DNA of 29,923 nt from a virus, in IMG/VR virus record IMGVR_UViG_3300050029_000044, positions 1-29,923 of that record. One strand, written 5' to 3'. The stretch's first letter is position 1, and the number at the start of each line of letters is the position of its first letter. A model generated the notes under the pieces. The model worked only from the letters and a program-made list of their open reading frames with translations, was not told where the DNA came from and made no database searches. Shown here piece by piece: positions 1-5,906 of this stretch. The translations under genes were made by a program, and so were the position numbers.

Positions 1-127
1 TCACTTTTATACAGCGTGATATTGATAAAGGTTTTGGCATTTCGGCAATAGGAACTGACTCAACGCACTACCTCTGGTGGCACGAGGATAGTTTTGATTC
101 AGTAGTATTTGTCGGGCAGAAGTTAAA
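1..127. repeat. Terminal direct repeat, copy A (identical to 29797..29923). Overlap of a circular or terminally redundant contig.
   Basis: Read directly: tcacttttatacagcgtgatattg...gggcagaagttaaa occurs at both ends, 127/127 identical. Confidence 0.95.
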
Positions 128-347
128 GTTTGGTGCGTTAATAGGCGTAGCAGGGAATACAGGAATGAGTACAGGAGCACACGTTCACTTTGCTCAGTAC
201 CTTTATGGGGATAATTATAACAACGGCTACCACGGGGCTTCTGAGCCTATAATAGACAATAGATTCTGCCTAGATATAAAAAGCCAGATTGACGTGATTC
301 AGAAGTTAATTGAAGCGATTACTGCTTTAGTTAATTTAATAAAATGA
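3..347 (+). CDS. M23 peptidase, 3' part (same gene as 29586..29923).
   Basis: Contains VAGNTGMSTGAHVHF, the classic M23 HxH zinc-ligand motif. Frame is continuous across the circular junction. Confidence 0.85.
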   Translation, partial: TFIQRDIDKGFGISAIGTDSTHYLWWHEDSFDSVVFVGQKLKFGALIGVAGNTGMSTGAHVHFAQYLYGDNYNNGYHGASEPIIDNRFCLDIKSQIDVIQKLIEAITALVNLIK

Positions 348-436
348 ACATCTTACTTATTATGGATTTGGCTTTGGTCACGACCTTTTTCATAGTAATT
401 ACAATAGGAATATTATTAGATAAAGAAAATATATGA
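344..436 (+). CDS. 30-aa single-pass membrane miniprotein (holin/antiholin-like candidate).
   Basis: ATGA overlap with the peptidase stop. Translation MNILLIMDLALVTTFFIVITIGILLDKENI is hydrophobic. Below the ORF-track size cutoff. Confidence 0.45.
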   Translation: MNILLIMDLALVTTFFIVITIGILLDKENI

Positions 437-597
437 TTTCAATTTTAGCGTTGTTAATTGTAACAGCAGTAGCTTATCTTATCTGGTATCTGACAGGACT
501 TTTGCCAATACCTTCTGGAGTAAAGCAAGTAATTCAAATAATAGAAATAATCGTAGCTATCCTGTGGCTACTTCAATTAATTACAGGAATATTATGA
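433..597 (+). CDS. 54-aa two-TM membrane miniprotein (holin-like candidate).
   Basis: ATGA overlap at both ends. MISILALLIVTAVAYLIWYLTGLLP...IVAILWLLQLITGIL shows two hydrophobic stretches. Confidence 0.5.
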   Translation: MISILALLIVTAVAYLIWYLTGLLPIPSGVKQVIQIIEIIVAILWLLQLITGIL

Positions 598-782
598 CAC
601 TACCAAAATTAGATTTTCTTTCAAGCCGAAAGTTTTACGCAATCTGTGGCATCTTAATTCTGTCAGTTTTAACCAACTACAAAATAGTCCAGACAGAAGT
701 ATCAATGCCCTTAATAGTGTTCCTCTTTTCCTTTATAGGCATCAACCTTGTGGGAAAAGTGACGGATGCAATCGGGGGATAA
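594..782 (+). CDS. 62-aa two-TM membrane protein (holin-like candidate).
   Basis: ORF track gives 564..782 with a GTG start. The ATG at 594 overlaps the upstream stop as ATGA and is the more likely start. Hydrophobic segments AICGILILSVL and PLIVFLFSFIGINLVG. Confidence 0.55.
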   Translation: MTLPKLDFLSSRKFYAICGILILSVLTNYKIVQTEVSMPLIVFLFSFIGINLVGKVTDAIGG

Positions 783-786
783 CTAT

Positions 787-815
787 TTGACATTGAGTTT
801 TGTTTATAAGATAAT
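787..815 (+). promoter_or_regulatory. Sigma70-type promoter TTGACA-N17-GATAAT, 6 nt upstream of the ATG at 822.
   Basis: TTGACA 787-792, exact 17-nt spacer, GATAAT 810-815. Confidence 0.6.
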
Positions 816-850
816 TAGTATATGAATTTAAAAGAAAACGGCTAAGTGTA

Positions 851-1258
851 TTGCTACTGGTGCTGTTTGGCATAGCGACTTTCATAGGATTACTTACGCC
901 CCTAAAAATTTATAGTGATTTTGCTCCGGCAATGCAACCCTTAACGGCTATCAACGTCCTTTCGGATTCTTCCTCAATCAGTATGATAAAATTGGCTATT
1001 AGTGAAACTGCTATTAAATATGGAATTGAAAAAAGTGAACTTATGCAAGTCATTGAATGTGAATCGGGTTTTAAAGTTAAAGTAAAAGGAGATAGCGGAA
1101 AGGCATACGGACTTCTACAATTTCATAAACCAACATTTAAGGGATTTTGTAAAGGTGATTATTATTCTCCAAAAGACCAACTTGAATGTGCCGGACAGAT
1201 GTTCCAAACTCCTAAATTGAAACTTCATTGGACTTGTTTCAAGAAAATAAAGTTATGA
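851..1258 (+). CDS. Lytic transglycosylase (SLT/lysozyme-like fold) with an N-terminal signal-anchor. Start uncertain: TTG at 851, or ATG at 822 plus a -1 shift.
   Basis: Motif VIECESGFK...GDSGKAYGLLQF matches the catalytic Glu-Ser region of SLT domains. N-terminal hydrophobic LLVLFGIATFIGLL. Confidence 0.75.
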   Translation: MLLVLFGIATFIGLLTPLKIYSDFAPAMQPLTAINVLSDSSSISMIKLAISETAIKYGIEKSELMQVIECESGFKVKVKGDSGKAYGLLQFHKPTFKGFCKGDYYSPKDQLECAGQMFQTPKLKLHWTCFKKIKL

Positions 1259-1455
1259 AACGCATAAAAGGAATTACAAAAAAATATCACAAGTTGGCGA
1301 TGAAAGTAGTTGCTGATTATTATGGCGGAAAAACTAACCTGAAAGTTTTAAGGGTATTAGAAAAAGAAAGAGTTGAATTAACTGATGAGGAGAAATCTGA
1401 TTTGTGGGCGATTAAGGAAAATATGAAAGATATAGTGTATACAAGTGGCTTTTAA
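1255..1455 (+). CDS. Hypothetical 66-aa protein.
   Basis: ATG at 1255 forms an ATGA overlap with the SLT stop. The ORF track starts at TTG 1228 in the same frame. Confidence 0.5.
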   Translation: MKRIKGITKKYHKLAMKVVADYYGGKTNLKVLRVLEKERVELTDEEKSDLWAIKENMKDIVYTSGF

Positions 1456-1516
1456 AATCGCACCAGACGCAAAATTCTGTGTGGCTTATAGGGAGATTAA
1501 AAGTTAAAACAAAAAA

Positions 1517-1556
1517 GCCGACTGTTGTAGCAATCGGCGTAAAAACTGAGTTTTTT
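1517..1556 (+). terminator. Weak candidate intrinsic terminator after the lysis cassette.
   Basis: gccga...tcggc stem (1517-1521 / 1534-1538). The T6 run at 1551-1556 is not adjacent to the stem. Confidence 0.3.
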
Positions 1557-1621
1557 ATAAGCATTTACTTACTTAATATATTATAGGAACACTTTTGTTT
1601 AAAAGTCAATAGTTCCTTAAA

Positions 1622-1700
1622 TCCTGCCACTCTTTACAAGCCCACTTCTTACTTAGACCTTCGGGTCGGTAGAAACAACAACAATTTGTTGAGGGCAGGA
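1622..1700 (+). ncRNA. Compact multi-branch RNA element closed by a 7-bp stem. Class unknown.
   Basis: tcctgcc (1622-1628) pairs with ggcagga (1694-1700). Inside are gacc-UUCG-ggtc (1656-1667, a cUUCGg tetraloop) and caaca-att-tgttg (1679-1691). Confidence 0.35.
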
Positions 1701-1723
1701 CTTAGGGAATAATTGAAAGGGTC

Positions 1724-1752
1724 TTGACACGGATTTAAAAGTATGAAATAAT
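1724..1752 (+). promoter_or_regulatory. Sigma70-type promoter TTGACA-N17-AATAAT, 7 nt upstream of the ATG at 1760 (early/replication operon).
   Basis: TTGACA 1724-1729, 17-nt spacer, AATAAT 1747-1752. Confidence 0.6.
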
Positions 1753-1759
1753 AAGGTAT

Positions 1760-1885
1760 ATGCAACAAATAATCACACTTAATAATTTTCATTATTGCCA
1801 ACAAGGATTTGCTGTGGTTTGTGTCCCAGACACAAGATTGGTTGTGATTAACCAGTTGCACACGGCAGATCCTTTTTGGTTGTAA
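1760..1885 (+). CDS. 41-aa miniprotein, possibly translated from a leaderless mRNA.
   Basis: ATG lies at the predicted transcription start. Translation MQQIITLNNFHYCQQGFAVVCVPDTRLVVINQLHTADPFWL. Contains the perfect hairpin ttgtgtc-cca-gacacaa (1819-1835). Confidence 0.35.
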   Translation: MQQIITLNNFHYCQQGFAVVCVPDTRLVVINQLHTADPFWL

Positions 1886-1890
1886 AAAAT

Positions 1891-2685
1891 ATGGCACAAA
1901 AAAATCTTGGTATTCAAGACGGAAGTAATGATAGAAGATATTTTACCATTATTCCAAACTTTACATTAAATCATTCTACTTTATGGGACAGGGAAGTTTA
2001 TGTACAGATGAAACGAATAGCCGGGGAAGATGGAACTTGTTGGACTTCGCAAAAAACTCTTTCCAAACAATGCGGAATGAGTATAAACCGATTAAAGAAA
2101 AGTTTATCATATCTTGTAGAGCATAAATGGATAAAATTTATAGGCACGAAAAAGGTAGGAACTACGGGAGGAAATCAAGAAGTTAATGAATATCGTATAT
2201 GCGATTTATGGAAAATAAACACAGATTATTATCAGGACAAAGGGGTATCACTAGAAGACATACCTTTATCAAAAGGGGTATCACCAAATGAGCAGAAGGG
2301 GTATCACGAAAACACAAAAGGGGTATCACCAGGTGACGACAAAGAAGAACCCATTAAGAATATCACTATTAAAGAAGATACAAAAGTTGAAACTTTTGGG
2401 AAAGAAGTAAATGATATTATAGAATTATTTAAGGATATAAATCCTTCTTATAGAGAATTATATAAAAGGAAAAATCAGCGAGATGCGGTGCATAGATTAT
2501 TATTGGCTATTGGAGAGGAAAAAGTCCGGTCAGCGATAAGTTATTTGCCTCAAACTAATTCTATGCCTTTTAGCCCGACAATTACTACGCCGATTCAATT
2601 AGAAGAAAAAATAGGAACTTTGAGGGCATTTGTCCAAAAAGAAATAATTAGGAAAAATAATAGTAAAGTAATTATAATAAAATGA
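1891..2685 (+). CDS. Replication initiator-like protein: N-terminal winged helix-turn-helix, repeat-containing linker, C-terminal helical domain.
   Basis: YFTIIPNFTLNH...TSQKTLSKQCGMSINRLKKSLSYLVEHKWIK resembles wHTH phage/plasmid initiators. Four iterons lie in its linker. ORF track starts at TTG 1876; ATG 1891 is preferred. Confidence 0.55.
   Translation: MAQKNLGIQDGSNDRRYFTIIPNFTLNHSTLWDREVYVQMKRIAGEDGTCWTSQKTLSKQCGMSINRLKKSLSYLVEHKWIKFIGTKKVGTTGGNQEVNEYRICDLWKINTDYYQDKGVSLEDIPLSKGVSPNEQKGYHENTKGVSPGDDKEEPIKNITIKEDTKVETFGKEVNDIIELFKDINPSYRELYKRKNQRDAVHRLLLAIGEEKVRSAISYLPQTNSMPFSPTITTPIQLEEKIGTLRAFVQKEIIRKNNSKVIIIK
2240..2329 (+). repeat. Four direct 12-bp iterons AAGGGGTATCAC inside the initiator gene. 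Candidate replication origin.
   Basis: Exact copies at 2240, 2273, 2296 and 2318 (spacings 33, 23, 22 bp), followed by an AT-rich stretch to about 2460. Confidence 0.55.
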
Positions 2686-2963
2686 ATACAGAATTATCAA
2701 AAAACTTAAAATGTATTTTAATGAGAAATGGAATTGAACTATGGCTTGAAGAAGAATTTATAGAAAGTGTTAAAAATGTTTTATTAAAAGGCGGTGAAAG
2801 TAAACTATTAAAGATAGGAGAACAATTTATAAATACCGCAGATGTGTCAGGGATATTTGATGCTAAAACAATGGAGGATAATTGGTATAAAAAGAACGGA
2901 TATTGGAAATGCAAACAAGGTAATTATTGGCACAAAAGAAACGAAGAATGTGGTCATAAATAG
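2682..2963 (+). CDS. Hypothetical protein (93 aa).
   Basis: ORF track. ATGA overlap with the initiator stop. Confidence 0.6.
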   Translation: MNTELSKNLKCILMRNGIELWLEEEFIESVKNVLLKGGESKLLKIGEQFINTADVSGIFDAKTMEDNWYKKNGYWKCKQGNYWHKRNEECGHK

Positions 2964-2982
2964 AACAATGCATAACTCCCTA

Positions 2983-3011
2983 TTGACCTGTCGGCTTACA
3001 TTTGTTAATAT
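2983..3011 (+). promoter_or_regulatory. Sigma70-type promoter TTGACC-N17-TAATAT, 5 nt upstream of the ATG at 3017.
   Basis: TTGACC 2983-2988, 17-nt spacer, TAATAT 3006-3011. Confidence 0.55.
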
Positions 3012-3016
3012 AAGGT

Positions 3017-3166
3017 ATGGAAAAAGAAATAAGAAAAATGCTTTGCGGAAAATGCCTTAAAGTAGTTAGGGATATAGAGGCAAGAAAACAAAAACAACGA
3101 AGGCACTTGAAAGTAAAAATGGTCGGTCAAGTGTCAGGTAAAATAAAAATAAGTAAAATAAAATGA
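3017..3166 (+). CDS. 49-aa basic miniprotein with a CxxC motif.
   Basis: MEKEIRKMLCGKCLKVV... Below the track cutoff. ATGA overlap with the next ORF. Confidence 0.4.
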   Translation: MEKEIRKMLCGKCLKVVRDIEARKQKQRRHLKVKMVGQVSGKIKISKIK

Positions 3167-3288
3167 ACATACACGAAATAAAAATTAAACAGTTAAAAAC
3201 AGAGTATTTTCTTAACGGGGCTTGTTTAGTCGCCTTAATATGGGTGATAATAGCACTGGTAATGGAATTACAAAAATATGTTTACTAA
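3163..3288 (+). CDS. 41-aa membrane miniprotein.
   Basis: Hydrophobic core GACLVALIWVIIALVM. Overlaps both neighbouring ORFs. Confidence 0.4.
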   Translation: MNIHEIKIKQLKTEYFLNGACLVALIWVIIALVMELQKYVY

Positions 3289-3469
3289 CTGGATAGATAA
3301 AACCCTTCAAAAAATAGACAGAGAAAATGTAGCACATCTATTAAGTGAAGGAGGAACAACAGAAGAAATTAGTAGAGAATTAAATATGAGCCGGAACTTT
3401 GTAGAAGATGTAGCCGAAGAAGTAAGTTTTATACAGGAAAGAAATAGTGAGTGTCAACACAACGATTAA
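3278..3469 (+). CDS. Small helix-turn-helix DNA-binding protein (63 aa).
   Basis: LLSEGGTTEEISRELNMSRNFVEDV looks like an HTH (sigma region-4/LuxR-like) segment. Confidence 0.45.
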   Translation: MFTNWIDKTLQKIDRENVAHLLSEGGTTEEISRELNMSRNFVEDVAEEVSFIQERNSECQHND

Positions 3470-3480
3470 AAACCTTATGT

Positions 3481-3554
3481 GCCTCGTACTGCTTCTTTCG
3501 TAAATATCTATTACTCATAAGGCGGTAGAGAAAGACGAAGAAGTGGTACAAGGC
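3481..3554 (+). promoter_or_regulatory. Long imperfect RNA hairpin (about 20 bp including G-U pairs, 33-nt loop), 10 nt upstream of the ATG at 3565.
   Basis: 3481-3501 pairs with 3535-3554. Three pairs are G-U only on the + strand RNA; they would be A-C on the complement. Confidence 0.5.
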
Positions 3555-3564
3555 AACAAAAACT

Positions 3565-3972
3565 ATGTATCAAGAAGATCCAAACAAAAATAAAAGAATT
3601 TCGTGGTTATCTATTTTCAGCACACTTGCTGAATTAGAGCCAAAAGTAAAAGTTGAATTATTATCAGCAACAGCGTTTGAAATGGTAGATAACCTTTATA
3701 AGAGATACCCGACCGAAGAACAACATATCTATAACCATAGCGAACCAACTCAAATCAAACCAAAAAGCAATAAACCTACTAAATGCCCGAAGTGTCAACA
3801 ATTTTCTCTTTATCACAACACAGGAATATCCAAGAAGAACAACCAACCATTTGAGAACTACAAATGCAAATGCGGATATATCCAGTGGGTTGACTTAAAA
3901 GAAAAAGAATCTACTTTTATAGACAGCGTTCAAGACGAGGTACAACATATACCAGAAGAATATGGCGGTTAG
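3565..3972 (+). CDS. Hypothetical protein with a C-terminal zinc-ribbon (135 aa).
   Basis: CPKCQ...17 aa...CKCG four-Cys arrangement. Confidence 0.6.
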   Translation: MYQEDPNKNKRISWLSIFSTLAELEPKVKVELLSATAFEMVDNLYKRYPTEEQHIYNHSEPTQIKPKSNKPTKCPKCQQFSLYHNTGISKKNNQPFENYKCKCGYIQWVDLKEKESTFIDSVQDEVQHIPEEYGG

Positions 3973-4303
3973 AACTCCAAAACAGAATAAGGCATTATGG
4001 GTGTATTTTGAAAATATTGCAGAAACTCTAAACGAAGCCGGACTTGACCAAAGAGTAGTTTTGAAACCAAGTATACAGATAAGTTGGACTAAACAGGCAA
4101 TTCACGACTACCTTTGGTGTCCGGTGCAGGAAGCGTACATCAAAGAACATAGCACAACCAAGTTAAGCACCAAAGACATAGATAAGATTTACGACTTCCT
4201 TAATAGGCATCTCAGCGAGAAATTCGGAGTATTAGTAGATTTTCCTTCATTAGAAAAATCATTTTTAGAACAAACTTATGGGAGAAATAGAAATCATAAT
4301 TAG
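3962..4303 (+). CDS. NinB/Orf-like recombination mediator (113 aa).
   Basis: RTPKQNKALWVYFENIA resembles the lambda NinB RSLDQNRKLWACLGDVS segment. STTKLSTKDIDKIYDFL parallels NinB STSRMRVGEFAELLELI. Compared from memory. Confidence 0.5.
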   Translation: MAVRTPKQNKALWVYFENIAETLNEAGLDQRVVLKPSIQISWTKQAIHDYLWCPVQEAYIKEHSTTKLSTKDIDKIYDFLNRHLSEKFGVLVDFPSLEKSFLEQTYGRNRNHN

Positions 4304-4604
4304 AAAACCAATATACAACAACTTTGTATATATTAGGGCCGAGAAAGTAGAACTGGCCCGGGCAAGGAAGTGGAACTTAAAGATTACTACCCCGGCAGGA
4401 TCTGGTACATACACCGCAGACGAGTGGATCAAAGGAAGTAAGACAATGGATAAGGTGTTTCTCCGCCCAGACGAACCAATGCGCCTTATCGGAAACAACC
4501 TAATTGTCGGGCATACCCCGGAACTTAAAGGCAAAGCAAAGAAAATAGCAGATGCCTGGAGCAAATATAATTCATTAACACCCGAACAACGGGCAAAAGT
4601 ATGA
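4278..4604 (+). CDS. Hypothetical protein (108 aa).
   Basis: ORF track. Overlaps the upstream gene by 26 nt. Confidence 0.55.
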   Translation: MGEIEIIIRKPIYNNFVYIRAEKVELARARKWNLKITTPAGSGTYTADEWIKGSKTMDKVFLRPDEPMRLIGNNLIVGHTPELKGKAKKIADAWSKYNSLTPEQRAKV

Positions 4605-4804
4605 AAAAATTATACGCAATTTTAATAGAAGATAAGTTTTTAAAAGATAGTCCATATTTTTATATGTCTGCCGGAGATGAACGTCAACAAGGAAGATGTT
4701 TTATATACCAAGATAAAAATTATGCAAGGATAGCAAAAAATTCAATTAAATTAGGGATAAAAGATAGTTGCAAGGTTATTATTAAAGAATTAAAACTAAT
4801 TTAA
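4601..4804 (+). CDS. Hypothetical protein (67 aa).
   Basis: ORF track. ATGA overlap. Confidence 0.55.
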   Translation: MKKLYAILIEDKFLKDSPYFYMSAGDERQQGRCFIYQDKNYARIAKNSIKLGIKDSCKVIIKELKLI

Positions 4805-4830
4805 CCCCTCCCCTCACAGGGATAAAAAAA

Positions 4831-5016
4831 ATGAACTTCAAAACAGTAGAAGAAGCCGAAAATTATTATATGAGCCACTTGGCACAAACCAATAATGCTC
4901 ACGAAGAGGAAGATGCAAAAATGGACAGATGGCTTGAAGACCAAGAAATTGATGAAGTCAATGACGCTGGTGGTGCGAATTACGCAGAACATTTAGAAGA
5001 TATTAAAAGAGATTAA
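4831..5016 (+). CDS. Hypothetical acidic protein (61 aa).
   Basis: ORF track. Confidence 0.5.
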   Translation: MNFKTVEEAENYYMSHLAQTNNAHEEEDAKMDRWLEDQEIDEVNDAGGANYAEHLEDIKRD

Positions 5017-5049
5017 CCCCCTTGCCCCAGAGCAAGGTAAAAACAAAGA

Positions 5050-5099
5050 CCTCCCCCCAACCCCACCTTGGGATTTGTTGGAGAAATTAGAGAAATAAT
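5050..5099 (+). repeat. 50-bp intergenic direct repeat, copy 1.
   Basis: cctccccccaac + 4 variable nt + an identical 34-mer ccttgggatttgttggagaaattagagaaataat (5066-5099). Contains a cccaa/ttggg stem. Confidence 0.9.
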
Positions 5100-5110
5100 T
5101 AAATATAATA

Positions 5111-5139
5111 CGTGTATAAAAATAAAATAATTATACACG
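5111..5139 (+). promoter_or_regulatory. Perfect 9-bp inverted repeat (operator or hairpin), 7 nt upstream of the ATG at 5147.
   Basis: cgtgtataa (5111-5119) and ttatacacg (5131-5139), 11-nt A-rich loop. Confidence 0.5.
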
Positions 5140-5146
5140 AAAATAA

Positions 5147-5533
5147 ATGACAGCAAAAAACGAAATCGTAATTAACGGCATAAAGTATCTCCCAGAAAGT
5201 GAATTAAAAGCAACTGAAACAGTAAAATCAGTTAAAGGATTAACATATTGCATTGTCAGGACATATTCAGCAGGTGTTTGGGCTGGCTGGGTGGATTTGA
5301 AAAACTATGGAGAAAAAATGTTTGTGACCGATGCTCGCAGATTATGGAGGTGGTGGAGTGAATTTACTTTATCGGCGTTAGCTACTACTGGATTTAAAGA
5401 CGGTAAAGAAAGTGAAAACAAATATGCTATGCCTGTTGAGAAAGTATATTTAACTGGTGTGATTGAGATAATCCCTTGCACTGAAATCGCCAAACAGCAA
5501 ATAGTAAAACAGCCAAATTATAAGGAAAATTAA
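5147..5533 (+). CDS. Conserved-looking phage protein of unknown function (128 aa).
   Basis: IVRTYSAGVWAGW...ARRLWRWWSEFTLSALATTG resembles a widespread uncharacterised phage family. This is from memory and unverified. Confidence 0.6.
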   Translation: MTAKNEIVINGIKYLPESELKATETVKSVKGLTYCIVRTYSAGVWAGWVDLKNYGEKMFVTDARRLWRWWSEFTLSALATTGFKDGKESENKYAMPVEKVYLTGVIEIIPCTEIAKQQIVKQPNYKEN

Positions 5534-5534
5534 A

Positions 5535-5828
5535 ATGAAATCAATTCTTTTAAAAAATAAATTCAGTATTGATAACTTAGACGGCAACGGCAACGGCAAC
5601 GGCGACGGCAACGGCAACGGCAACGGCAACGGCTACGGCAACGGCTACGGCAACGGCTACGGCAACGGCGACGGCAACGGCAACGGCTACGGCAACGGCT
5701 ACGGCAACGGCAACGGCAACGGCTACGGCTACGGCAACGGCAACGGCTACGGCAACGGCGACGGCAACGGCAACGGCTACGGCAACGGCTACGGCAACGG
5801 CAACGGCAACGGCGACGGCTACGGCTAA
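5535..5828 (+). CDS. 97-aa protein: a 15-aa N-terminal segment followed by 41 Gly-X dipeptides (X = Asn 25, Tyr 11, Asp 5).
   Basis: AAGGAAA lies 7 nt upstream. The start abuts the upstream stop. The ORF ends exactly where the repeat array ends. Confidence 0.6.
   Translation: MKSILLKNKFSIDNLDGNGNGNGDGNGNGNGNGYGNGYGNGYGNGDGNGNGYGNGYGNGNGNGYGYGNGNGYGNGDGNGNGYGNGYGNGNGNGDGYG
5580..5825 (+). repeat. Tandem array of 41 hexanucleotides NAC-GGC (N = A, T or G, never C), with a 90-bp higher-order repeat.
   Basis: Read directly. A 57-nt block starting at 5667 recurs at 5757. This is a GC-rich island in an AT-rich genome. Confidence 0.95.
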
Positions 5829-5830
5829 CC

Positions 5831-5880
5831 CCTCCCCCCAACTCTTCCTTGGGATTTGTTGGAGAAATTAGAGAAATAAT
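5831..5880 (+). repeat. 50-bp intergenic direct repeat, copy 2.
   Basis: Identical to 5050-5099 except for 3 substitutions in the hairpin loop (cccac versus tcttc). Confidence 0.9.
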
Positions 5881-5906
5881 ATGAAAGAAATAAAAGTATA
5901 CGCATT

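Noticed and set aside
1622-1700. 79-nt element with a 7-bp closing stem, considered as a tRNA gene.
   Set aside because: The internal arms have 4-nt and 3-nt loops, and there is no T-loop or anticodon loop. It is kept only as an unclassified structured element.
1649-1897. Minus-strand 82-aa ORF in the lysis/early intergenic region.
   Set aside because: It runs antisense to a consensus promoter and to a + strand leaderless ORF. It has no SD or promoter of its own. The whole genome is otherwise unidirectional.
2842-3060. + strand alternative-frame ORF overlapping 2682-2963 and the 2983-3011 promoter.
   Set aside because: It is embedded in a better-supported gene and would read through a consensus promoter. 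Other internal alternative-frame ORFs (9691-9885, 10331-10525, 12060-12302, 20443-20628) are rejected for the same reason.
4964-4971. Exact E. coli Chi octamer GCTGGTGG (plus a GTTGGTGG variant at 29206-29213).
   Set aside because: These are single occurrences inside unrelated contexts. No orientation bias can be assessed, and the host is unknown.
5580-5825. The AAC-rich repeat as a diversity-generating retroelement variable region, or as a CRISPR-like array.
   Set aside because: There is no reverse transcriptase, no template repeat and no spacers anywhere in the genome. Only the first codon base varies. The units are 6 bp and contiguous.
5563-5841. Minus-strand ORF encoding an Arg-Cys/Arg-Ser repeat.
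   Set aside because: It is the mirror image of the GGC-NAC array. It has no start context, and every supported gene is on the + strand.
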